Assembly: GCA_016190055.1 (NCBI GenBank)
Contig: JACPRH010000005.1
Coordinates: 35,233 to 99,232 of the forward strand
DNA from: Nitrososphaerota archaeon
GTDB lineage: Archaea > Thermoproteota > Nitrososphaeria > Nitrososphaerales > JACPRH01
Length of the DNA: 64,000 nt
Direction of reading: 5' to 3'
Of this stretch, positions 34,570 through 42,854 are shown in pieces. Position 1 is the first letter of the stretch. Each line of letters starts with the position of its first letter. The translations under genes and the position numbers were made by a program. The notes beneath the pieces were generated by a model. That model made no database searches. It was not told the origin of the DNA and was given only the letters and a program-made list of their open reading frames with translations.

Positions 34570-35679
34570 ATGCCTAAAAAAATTAACATGTCGAGGGAGA
34601 GACTTCGAAGAGCCGTCGAGTGCGAGACACCGGACCGTGTTCCAATCACGATTAGGCTTGAGTACGCTGCGGCGCGCTGGGCCGGGATCAGCTTCAAGGA
34701 TTTTGCGCTCGATCCTCTGAAGGCCTCTAACGCGATTGAGCAGACATACGAGAAGATGGGAGGATGGGACGCTGTGGACGCGTCTTGGACATTAGGCACC
34801 CGGTGGAGCAGGCTTGAGGCGGCTAAGGTTCAGTTCCCGGGAGTAGATTTCCCTGAGCAGCTTCCGCATAGAGTAGTTGACTATCCTGTGATGACGCCTG
34901 AGGACTACGGTTTAGCGGTTAAAGGAGGGTTGAATAGCCTAGCCACTGTTCTGCTAGACCGGCTCGGAAAGAAGATAGATAGGAGCACAAGCGAGGAGGT
35001 ATTCATATCGTTTACACCCATTTACAGACACTGGGATGAGGAGAAGGGTGTGCCGGTCTACAGGGGAGGTATGGTGAGGCTCCCGTTCGTACAGTTCTCG
35101 ATGTGGCGCACGTGGCGCGGAATGGCGCATGATCTTCTGAAGCAAGGTGACAAGGTGAAGGAGGCTTGCGATGCGGTTTTAGATGAAGCAATAACGATCG
35201 GGGAGAAGCACAGCCGCATCGTTGGCTGCAAATACATCTTCATGCCCTGTGGCCGCGCTTCAGCAACCTTCCTCTCAGAGAGACTCTTCCTAGAATACGT
35301 TTTCCCACATCTAAAGAAGATCACTGAAAAACTTGTTCAAGACGGGTTCACTCCTCGCCTACACTGCGACACAGACTGGGAGCCGTTTCTACAGTTCTTC
35401 CGTGAGCTGCCGAAAAAGAGCTGCATTCTCGAGCTGAGCCCAGCCACCAACATCAAGCGAGCCAAGGAGCTGCTTGGAGGCCACATGTGCCTGTACGGCA
35501 ATGTCCCGAGAAGCCTCCTTTCAGCAGGCTCCCCCGCTAGCGTAGAGACATACTGCAAGAAGCTAATTGATAATGTTGGGCGAGACGGATTCATCTTAGC
35601 AAATGATGATATTGTTCCATACAACGCTAGGTTCGAGAATGTTAAGATGCTCATAGACGCTGGGAAAAAATACGGGTAA
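34570..35679 (+). CDS. URO-D family protein, MtaA/CmuA-like methylcobamide methyltransferase homolog
   Basis: N-terminus RERLRRAVECETPDRVPI and C-terminus GGHMCLYGNVPRSLL...GFILANDDIVPYNARFENVKMLIDAGKKYG are typical of the family. PRLHCD is a possible Zn-ligand region. Confidence 0.8.
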   Translation: MPKKINMSRERLRRAVECETPDRVPITIRLEYAAARWAGISFKDFALDPLKASNAIEQTYEKMGGWDAVDASWTLGTRWSRLEAAKVQFPGVDFPEQLPHRVVDYPVMTPEDYGLAVKGGLNSLATVLLDRLGKKIDRSTSEEVFISFTPIYRHWDEEKGVPVYRGGMVRLPFVQFSMWRTWRGMAHDLLKQGDKVKEACDAVLDEAITIGEKHSRIVGCKYIFMPCGRASATFLSERLFLEYVFPHLKKITEKLVQDGFTPRLHCDTDWEPFLQFFRELPKKSCILELSPATNIKRAKELLGGHMCLYGNVPRSLLSAGSPASVETYCKKLIDNVGRDGFILANDDIVPYNARFENVKMLIDAGKKYG

Positions 35680-35745
35680 ACCGAGACGTTTTACACCCGA
35701 CAACGGGAAACAATATATTAATGGCAAGACCCGCAGCCGTAAAGT

Positions 35746-37605
35746 ATGACTCGACTTCTAGCGCCTTTGATAATTCTCCTAATCATATCATCCAGTATCA
35801 CGTTACTAATCGCGCCTCAAACAGCAGTAGGCCAGCAGCAGCAACAGCAACCACCGACCGCTGGCGACTGGGTTGCCACAGGTTACGATTACAAACACAC
35901 CGGGTTTAACCCTCAGACGGTGATTAACCGGGACAATGTGAAGGAGTTGGAGTTCAAATGGATTTACCAGCTCCCCTCGAACCCATACCGAAGTATTCTA
36001 CAACCGTCGCTTGGTCTTGAGACGAATCCGCTGGTCGTGAATGGAATGGTTTACTTCGCCGCATCCTACAGCAAGGTGTTTGCAGTCAACGCTTTGACTG
36101 GAAATCTAGTGTGGAGCCACGAGGTGAACGTAACCAAGGCACTTGAGAAGCCGTACATCGGTAACTTTGGAATACAACACGCGATTACATACAAGAGTGG
36201 CCTCATCTATCAGCTGGCAATAGACTGCACCCTTTACGGTCTCGACGCGGCGAACGGTCAAGTGAGGCTGCAGATCGATGACATCTGTAAAGATATACCG
36301 GGGAACAGAGGATTGTACTTCGGAGAAGAGGCGCCTACAATATATGAGAAGGACGGGCGAAGGATAGCTGTCGTACCTGTTGCAGCTGGACTCTTCTATG
36401 CACGAGGCTTCGTCGCAGCCTACGACCTCGAAACTAAGGAACTGCTGTGGCGATGGTTTGTTATTCCTCCTGGTGTAGAAGGGCCTAAGGATAACTGGGA
36501 AGGATACCAAGATGTAAGCAAAGGCAACATCAAGCCTTACCCCGGGGACTGGGGAGACAGCAGCGAAATCTGGGGAGGCTCAGCTTGGGTCTCAAGCTCC
36601 ATCGACGAGGACACCGGTCTCGTCTACACATCCACCGGTTACCCCGGCATCGGCTTGACACTTGCAGGTAATGGAGACGCCTCAAGGAGACCGGGGCCGA
36701 ACCTGTACACCAACTCGATAGTGGCGCTCGACGTGCTGACAGGCAAGATGAAGTGGTATTATCAGGTGACACCGCACGATTTAGTCCAGCACGGCTTCGG
36801 ATGGAACACGATACTCGCCAAAGTCACTATTGACGGTCAGGAGAAGAAGGTCATAGTCACCGGCAGCAAGAACGGGTACGTCTACGAGCTCGATGCGGTT
36901 ACAGGTGAGCCGGTCATACAGCCTGTGAAGGTAGGAGTTCACCTCAACGACTACAACACGAACCTAGGTAACGATGCAGACATGACGATGAACCAGCAAC
37001 CAGGAGTCACCTGCCCCGGAGGAAACGGCGGAATCGAAGCACCGGTAGCCGTCGCGCACAACACCATTTTTGCCGCAGCCCAGAACCGATGCTTTGATTG
37101 GCGACCGGTTCCGAACGCGTACAAAGGAACCGCAGTATGGGTCGCCGGCCCAGTGATGGATAGACCCCAAAACTCAACACTCTACGCCATCGACGCCACA
37201 TCAGGCAACATCAAGTGGCAGTTCAACATGCCTAACCCATACCAAGGAGCTGGCGTTATCGTCAGCGGAGGAGTCGTCTTTGCGCAGGACAGAATCGGAA
37301 CACTATACATGTTAGATGAGCAGAACGGGCAGCTTCTCAGGAGTATCTACTTCGGCGGGCTCGGCGCCGCAGGAGTATCCATCGGCCAGAATCCAAGAGG
37401 AGAAACAATGCTTTTCGTACCCTCCGGCGGAGGAGACATAATTGTACCCACGCCCGGCACACTCACAGCCTTCGCGTTACGTGAAGGATCCTCGTCCAGC
37501 GGAGGAGGAACATTCACAAACGAGGTGGTCTACATTGCGATAGCGGTTGCAATCGTAATGGGAGGAATCGCCTTGGTAAGCCTGAGAAGAAAATCAGTAA
37601 AGTAG
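35746..37605 (+). CDS. PQQ-like beta-propeller (quinoprotein dehydrogenase-like) exoprotein with N- and C-terminal membrane segments
   Basis: The N-terminal block GDWVATGYDYKHTGFNPQTVINRDNVKELEFKWIY resembles the quinoprotein dehydrogenase start (W..G.d....yspL.qIn..NV..L..aW). Repeated propeller blades follow (VNGMVYFAAS, GLIYQLAIDCTLYGLDAANG, GKMKWYY, GYVYELDAVTGE, LYAIDATSGNIKW, GTLYMLDEQNGQ). C-terminal TM plus RRKSVK tail. Confidence 0.7.
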   Translation: MTRLLAPLIILLIISSSITLLIAPQTAVGQQQQQQPPTAGDWVATGYDYKHTGFNPQTVINRDNVKELEFKWIYQLPSNPYRSILQPSLGLETNPLVVNGMVYFAASYSKVFAVNALTGNLVWSHEVNVTKALEKPYIGNFGIQHAITYKSGLIYQLAIDCTLYGLDAANGQVRLQIDDICKDIPGNRGLYFGEEAPTIYEKDGRRIAVVPVAAGLFYARGFVAAYDLETKELLWRWFVIPPGVEGPKDNWEGYQDVSKGNIKPYPGDWGDSSEIWGGSAWVSSSIDEDTGLVYTSTGYPGIGLTLAGNGDASRRPGPNLYTNSIVALDVLTGKMKWYYQVTPHDLVQHGFGWNTILAKVTIDGQEKKVIVTGSKNGYVYELDAVTGEPVIQPVKVGVHLNDYNTNLGNDADMTMNQQPGVTCPGGNGGIEAPVAVAHNTIFAAAQNRCFDWRPVPNAYKGTAVWVAGPVMDRPQNSTLYAIDATSGNIKWQFNMPNPYQGAGVIVSGGVVFAQDRIGTLYMLDEQNGQLLRSIYFGGLGAAGVSIGQNPRGETMLFVPSGGGDIIVPTPGTLTAFALREGSSSSGGGTFTNEVVYIAIAVAIVMGGIALVSLRRKSVK

Positions 37606-37623
37606 AGTAAAGTTTGTTGAGAA

Positions 37624-37639
37624 GCCGCTGAAAAGCGGC
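37624..37639. terminator. Short GC hairpin (GCCGCT-gaaa-AGCGGC) between convergent genes
   Basis: Read directly. Lies between the PQQ-like stop (37605) and the MFS stop (37708). Confidence 0.35.
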
Positions 37640-37707
37640 GAGGAGCAGGCGGCTGAGAACAGCAGTCGACCTGCAACCCTTTCTCTCACTCGGTTGTTCC
37701 TTTCTTT

Positions 37708-39231
37708 TTACGCAGGTTCGCTTTTAGCCTCTTCAGATATGCCGTCAAGAGGCTTTGTTGGTTTCACTATCAACGCGATCAGAAATGCTATGCCGGCGAT
37801 TGCGGCGGAGATGACGAGGGACTGGCTGATCCCTGCGATATACTGTTCTACAACTATTCGACCTCCGCTTAGGAAGAGGTTTGTCGGCAGGTAGAGTCCT
37901 ATTATGGACGCGCAGATTGCGTAGCTCAGAGTTTGGCCTGTGTACCTCATCATGCCGAGTACACCGTTCGCTAGGCTTCTCTGTCTGGGCGGTACTGACA
38001 TCAGGCACTCTGATGTGTTGACGGGTGAGAAGATACCTACACCGACGCCCAGTATTACCAGCGAAGCGAGTAGAAACTCGATTGAGGATTCGGCGGTTAT
38101 GCGGCTCATCAGGAGAAGAGAAAGCGCAGTTACACCTGCTGCAAGTATCCTAACTTCTCTTCGATCATACCGGTCTGAGAACCAGCCACTAATAGGTGAA
38201 ACAGCTGCAGCCACTAGAGGGAAGACAGCGAGTATGAGCCCTGTCTGGAACGGATCCATCAGTTTGACCAGACCAAGGTAGAAGGCGACTACAACGTAGA
38301 TGCTGTAGTGAGCTATGTAGATGAAGAGAGCCTCCAGATTGGTTGAGGCGAACTCCCGATTCTGAATGAATAACCGGAGATCCAGAACTGGAGACTTCAC
38401 CGTGAGCTGAGACACTAGGAAGAGAGTTAGGAATATTAGCCCAACCGCCAGCGTTTCAACCAGAGGTATCGAGATAGCGACGAATGTGTCAACGAAGATG
38501 TTGACGATTGGTATCCAGAAATTTGTGATTATGATGTCGAGGTTGGTCCAAGCCTGCTGCGGACCGAAGGTTATTGCAATAGAGATCATGATAAGTGATG
38601 CTGCCAGCAGTATAGAACCAATCCAATCCATTTTCTGCCCAGTAGCGACAGTGGTTTCACGGATAACAAAGTGCGAAACAACCAAGGTGACCACCGCTAT
38701 CGGGATAAGCATCCAGAAGAGAAAACGCCAGCCCAGATAGCTAGTGATGATGCCTCCAAGAGCAGGACCAAGAGTGTGACCGAGATAGACAACCAGCAGA
38801 TGCCATCCAAGAGCCTTACCGCGCTCGTTAGAGGGGAAAATATCGACTATGACAGAGCGCGTATTCACGATGAGAATAGCTGAGCCGATGCCGGTTAGGG
38901 AGCGGTAGAAGGGCATCTCGTAGATTGTTGAGGCGACCGCGGTTAGAAGAGAGCCGGCGATAAAGGCAACGATCCCGATGTTGAAGTAGCGTTTCCTGCC
39001 TTTAATGTCGGAGAGGAGCCCGAAGAGCGGCATGAACGCGGTCATCATAATGACCTTGGCTAGCGGAACCCAGATAGTTACGTTAACATCGGATCTAAAA
39101 TCACGAGCTATGTTAGGAAGTATCAGAGTCACAAGCCCAGTATCAAAGGATACGAGAAAGGCCGCTAGATTGATGACGATAAGAGCCATCCACTTGTACT
39201 CTAAGCCTCGACGTATCTGCAAGCCCTTCAA
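37708..39231 (-). CDS. MFS transporter, 14-TM DHA2/EmrB-like
   Basis: ~14 hydrophobic helices. MFS motif A-like GLLSDIKGRKRYF. The true start may be the internal ATG (MALIVINL...). Confidence 0.9.
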   Translation of the reverse strand: MKGLQIRRGLEYKWMALIVINLAAFLVSFDTGLVTLILPNIARDFRSDVNVTIWVPLAKVIMMTAFMPLFGLLSDIKGRKRYFNIGIVAFIAGSLLTAVASTIYEMPFYRSLTGIGSAILIVNTRSVIVDIFPSNERGKALGWHLLVVYLGHTLGPALGGIITSYLGWRFLFWMLIPIAVVTLVVSHFVIRETTVATGQKMDWIGSILLAASLIMISIAITFGPQQAWTNLDIIITNFWIPIVNIFVDTFVAISIPLVETLAVGLIFLTLFLVSQLTVKSPVLDLRLFIQNREFASTNLEALFIYIAHYSIYVVVAFYLGLVKLMDPFQTGLILAVFPLVAAAVSPISGWFSDRYDRREVRILAAGVTALSLLLMSRITAESSIEFLLASLVILGVGVGIFSPVNTSECLMSVPPRQRSLANGVLGMMRYTGQTLSYAICASIIGLYLPTNLFLSGGRIVVEQYIAGISQSLVISAAIAGIAFLIALIVKPTKPLDGISEEAKSEPA

Positions 39232-39283
39232 CGTAACTATGGCCTTATCCGACTGTTCTCCGACCTATTAATTTAACTTACTG

Positions 39284-39297
39284 TGTGAAATTTCACA
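39284..39297. promoter_or_regulatory. Perfect 14-bp palindrome TGTGAAATTTCACA flanked by direct ATTAATTT repeats. Candidate operator/promoter of the MFS gene.
   Basis: Read directly. It lies 53-66 nt upstream of the MFS start at 39231. ATTAATTT occurs at 39267-39274 and 39299-39306. Confidence 0.4.
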
Positions 39298-39330
39298 TAT
39301 TAATTTTTACGACGACTTTGCCGGTCGGCA

Positions 39331-39352
39331 GGACACCTACGAATAGGTGTCC
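39331..39352 (-). terminator. Strong hairpin (9-bp stem GGACACCTA/TAGGTGTCC, 4-nt loop) downstream of ORF 39385-39792
   Basis: Read directly. Lies 33 nt after the stop of the minus-strand gene. Adjacent mini-palindrome tgccggtcggca. Confidence 0.5.
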
Positions 39353-39384
39353 GTTGTTGATTAGTTGTTCTGCTTCTTCTGCTG

Positions 39385-39792
39385 TTACCACCCGCTGGCT
39401 TTCTTAGTAGTCTTGAGGTAGCTCAAGACCTGTGCTAAAGCCTCTGGAGGTAATGATTTGATCTCTGCTTCTACGGCCTGTTGTTGTTTCTCTAGATCGC
39501 TTGGAGTTGTGAATAGTTGGAGTTTCGGTGTTACCTTCCTGTAGTCTGCGGCTCTGTCCTCACGTGATTTCTTGTAGTATGTGATCAGGTATTCTTGGTG
39601 TCCGGCTATGGCGTGGGCGGCTAAGTCACTTATTGTGTCTGCGATTTTTGTGAACCCGAATTTCTTGAAGCTGTAGATGTGGATGGTATAGACGTTTTTA
39701 CCGTCTCTCCGCTCAAGCTTCTTTATGGTTGCCTGAAGTGTCGGTGAGTGGTTTCTGTTATGAGACCATTTACGTTCAAGCTGTTTCAGCAT
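39385..39792 (-). CDS. Hypothetical protein (135 aa)
   Basis: ATG start and a protein-like composition. No family recognised. Confidence 0.5.
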   Translation of the reverse strand: MLKQLERKWSHNRNHSPTLQATIKKLERRDGKNVYTIHIYSFKKFGFTKIADTISDLAAHAIAGHQEYLITYYKKSREDRAADYRKVTPKLQLFTTPSDLEKQQQAVEAEIKSLPPEALAQVLSYLKTTKKASGW

Positions 39793-40010
39793 GTCGTTGA
39801 CTTTCTTCTGGAAAAATCTTCGACTGGGGAGGGGAGAGGGATCTTCTGCTTAGCGATGTGGATGAGAAGGAATTCTACAAATTTCTAGAAGGATTAAACG
39901 TGTTCCTGAAGAAGGTTGTAGACGAATTGCCGTAATACCAGTCTGCGATCAGGCACAGTTTCGTGCTAGTGCGTATATACGGGCAGTGCGTATGCTCAGG
40001 CGTGAAGTAA

Positions 40011-40151
40011 ATGGTTCAAGCATATTGCGTCAAATGCCGAACTAAGCGAGATATCAAGAACCCGCAGAAGATCACAATGAAGAACGGAAGAGCCGCCATG
40101 AAAGGTACCTGTCCGGTCTGCGGAACAAAAGTCTTCAAAATCGGCGCGTAG
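40011..40151 (+). CDS. Small (46 aa) double zinc-ribbon protein, DUF5679-like. Missed by the ORF track.
   Basis: Hand translation gives MVQAYCVKCRTKRDIKNPQKITMKNGRAAMKGTCPVCGTKVFKIGA*. The pattern C-x-K-C-R...KNGR.A.KG.CP.CGTK.F+IG is characteristic of this small-protein family. It lies antisense to track ORF 40016-40474. Confidence 0.7.
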   Translation: MVQAYCVKCRTKRDIKNPQKITMKNGRAAMKGTCPVCGTKVFKIGA

Positions 40152-40239
40152 CGTAAATTCCGATAACCCTGCCTTCTTTTTTCTTCCTCAGCATCTAGAG
40201 TGAACAATGCGTCCAGTGCTGACCCAATTCTTTGAGGGA

Positions 40240-40623
40240 CTACTTTCCGAGAACAAGGGGAGGAGCGAGTGTGAAGAGAATCAGGGAGACCGACCCGTAG
40301 ATTGGCTTGTACCAGTCGATGAAGTTGAATGGTCCGCCGAGTGCGAATATCCATATTGCAAACGAAGCGGTTGAGACAGCTATCTGCGCATAAGCAGGTG
40401 GCAGATTCTTCTCTTTTGTTGCCCTCCAAGTGTAAAGTGGCGTGAATATCAGCAACGTAATAAACACCAACCAATAAAGAAACGTTGGAACCGTAGCATC
40501 AACCTTCAGAACACCGTCAAGCGTTACGAAGGTAGCGACAATCTCAGCCGGAATGTACTTTACAACTTTGGTCAGATAATCGTCAGGAACCTGTGATGAC
40601 TGCGCCGGCGCTGGCTCCCCCAC
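40240..40623 (-). CDS. Small integral membrane protein (3 TM), function unknown
   Basis: Three hydrophobic helices after a polar N-terminus. The alternative overlapping ORF 40016-40474 looks non-protein-like. Confidence 0.55.
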   Translation of the reverse strand: MGEPAPAQSSQVPDDYLTKVVKYIPAEIVATFVTLDGVLKVDATVPTFLYWLVFITLLIFTPLYTWRATKEKNLPPAYAQIAVSTASFAIWIFALGGPFNFIDWYKPIYGSVSLILFTLAPPLVLGK

Positions 40624-40824
40624 TGCGGTTGCCGTATCATCCCCCGCTTCCGAGGCCCGCGGCCGAAAACCCCACTCACCGATGTTGCCGCATTGTACTG
40701 CCTTCGAGCCGCAATGTCGCTACTCGAAACAACCCTTCTGAAGCCCCTTGCAACTCACAAGACGCAGGAAGATTATATGCCTTCTGCGAGCAAACCTAAC
40801 AAAGCCGATACTTTACGTGCCTAT

Positions 40825-41313
40825 CTACGCCAGCTCTTCGAACGTATGCTCTTTCTGCTGAGTCTTCAGTTCGATGAAGGTCTCGCTTCGGTTTACTCCG
40901 TCGATGTTGCCTATCTTGCCTGTTACGATGTTGTGCAGATCGTCCAGTGAGCGTGCCTTGACTGTAACCATGATGTCGAAGCGGCCAGTGACCTCCCCAA
41001 TCTCTCTAGCCTCTGGGAGTGACGCGATGCTTTCGAGAATATCCTCTCGCTTCTTCCCCTCCGTGTTGAGTCCTACTAGAGCAGTGACGCCGTATCCCAG
41101 CAGCTCCTCATTCGCAACGATAGTGAACTTCTTAATCAAGCCCCTTCGGACCAGCCGCTTAATCCTGCTGTAGCAAACTGAGGGATTAACCTTTATCTTC
41201 TTGCTCAGCTTAGGAACAGAGATACTGGCATCTTCAGCAAGCGCAGTCAATAATTTAGCATCTATCTCATCGATTTTCAACTGGATACATCTACCGCCGC
41301 CGTATTTCGGCAA
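40825..41313 (-). CDS. Lrp/AsnC family transcriptional regulator
   Basis: HTH: IDEIDAKLLTALAEDASISVPKLSKKIKVNPSVCYSRIKRLVRRGLIKKF. C-terminal RAM/ACT-like domain: ALVGLN...REIGEVTGRFDIMVTVKARSLDDLHNIV. Confidence 0.85.
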   Translation of the reverse strand: MPKYGGGRCIQLKIDEIDAKLLTALAEDASISVPKLSKKIKVNPSVCYSRIKRLVRRGLIKKFTIVANEELLGYGVTALVGLNTEGKKREDILESIASLPEAREIGEVTGRFDIMVTVKARSLDDLHNIVTGKIGNIDGVNRSETFIELKTQQKEHTFEELA

Positions 41314-41624
41314 AACGTTGCATATAAGCTGAATGTCGCGAAAATGGCGAAGCTATTATCAATATTTCCAATCACGGCTATTGCTGGCGATTCGGGCTCA
41401 ATCATCTCAAAACTGATCCATGCGAAGCTGAGCGCGAGGATCTGTCTCGACGTAATCCTTCATCATCCTCAGCAACCTATTCGTAAAGGATTCCTCGTAG
41501 AGCCATCTCTGAATCTAGCTTCCTGTAGAAGCCGCTGACTATCTCCGTAAAGTTATACACACCTCTGTCACGCTCTCTGGCAGCATATTCAAACAACTGC
41601 TTCATCAGCCTGTCAGCTTCCGAG

Positions 41625-42523
41625 TTAATTTGAAACACCTCTCAGCCTCTCTGTGGCTAGCTTCACATACTCAGAATTGAGGTCGCAACCCAGAAAGTGC
41701 CGGCCCAGCCTCCTTGCCATAACCGCAGTGGTCCCGCTGCCGATAAACGGGTCAAAAACAACATCCCTATCCGTGATGACGACAATATAGGCCTGCGCAA
41801 CAGCTCTTCGGGGTATACTGCAAAGTGCGCACCCTTGAAACCATGAGTGTTGATTATCCAAAAGTCTCCGGGATTCTTGTCCAACGGATGAGTAGTGTTA
41901 GGATGAGATTCTTTCCAAGCCTTCCAAGACATCGGTGAGGGCAGCGAATATGGGGGCCTGCTGGTTAGGCTGATGACTTTCCTCTTATGTTGTCTAGTCT
42001 TGATGTAGCTCATGTAGTCTTCCTCACTCGTGAATATCTTCCACTTCTCAAACTCACCTATTCTTACGTGTCTGACAAAGCATTTCTTGTCCGTTTTCAG
42101 TTCCGCAGATTTCTGGAAGTGAATTGCCTCTTCTTCCGTCTTCATCGGATAGGGCCAGTGAAGCAGACACTGCTTTCTTCCGCATTCTGGGCAGACATAT
42201 TTCTCATGCTTGCAGCCTGAAGAGAACCAGCGATCCCAACCGTAACAGGTTCTGCAGGGCTTCGACTTGGTATAGTTCCACTTCGTGACTCCTTGATACG
42301 TGAAGATTTTCCTTCTTCCGTCTGGGAAGATTCTTGTATAGCCATTCAGGTGTTTCTTGTTTCGTTGGTTCTCTTCATTGCTCAAGTCCCGCCAGTCAGG
42401 ATTTCGGCCATAATATCTGTAAGTCTTTGTTCTATCATTGGCTCCATACAACGCCCTGTCTATCTTGAGTATCTTGATAACTCCTTTATCTGCAGTGGTC
42501 ATGTGGAACGTCAAATCAAACAT
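41625..42523 (-). pseudogene. Beta-class N4/N6 DNA methyltransferase, split by a 1-nt frameshift near 41781-41790, with a long Zn-ribbon-containing N-terminal extension
   Basis: Frame 1 (41663-42523) carries SRPPY (motif IV) and HFAVYPEELLRRPI. Frame 2 (41625-41861) carries DVVFDPFIGSGTTAVMARRLGRHFLGCDLNSEYVKLATERL (motif I). Joining them at ...ILSSS/TDRDVVFDPF restores a canonical enzyme. Confidence 0.75.
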
Positions 42524-42854
42524 CTCTTGAGCACTTTATAGATTTAGAATACATAAGCATATGACAACCTAAGACTTGACGGAGCCATACGTATAGACTT
42601 CTCCATTGAGCAATGCGAACATCTTCAGATATTATATTCCTGCAAAAAAATTGAAGGCCAATATCCCCGGCCAAATAGGGAAGAGGTGCCATATGGTATA
42701 GCATTTGGTAGACTGTACTGAGCTACGGCAGACTTACGAAAGAAACATCCTACTTGAACTATCGCACTGACAAAAAGATGTGAGTGGTTTCTGCTATCTC
42801 GCTCAGACACTCTTATGTTTGGTAGGTCAAAACGTTCTGCGGGGAAGGAGAATA

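Noticed and set aside
40016-40474. 152-aa minus-strand ORF
   Set aside because: It overlaps both the DUF5679-like gene on the opposite strand and the better membrane-protein ORF 40240-40623. Its composition (Arg/Cys/His-rich) is implausible.
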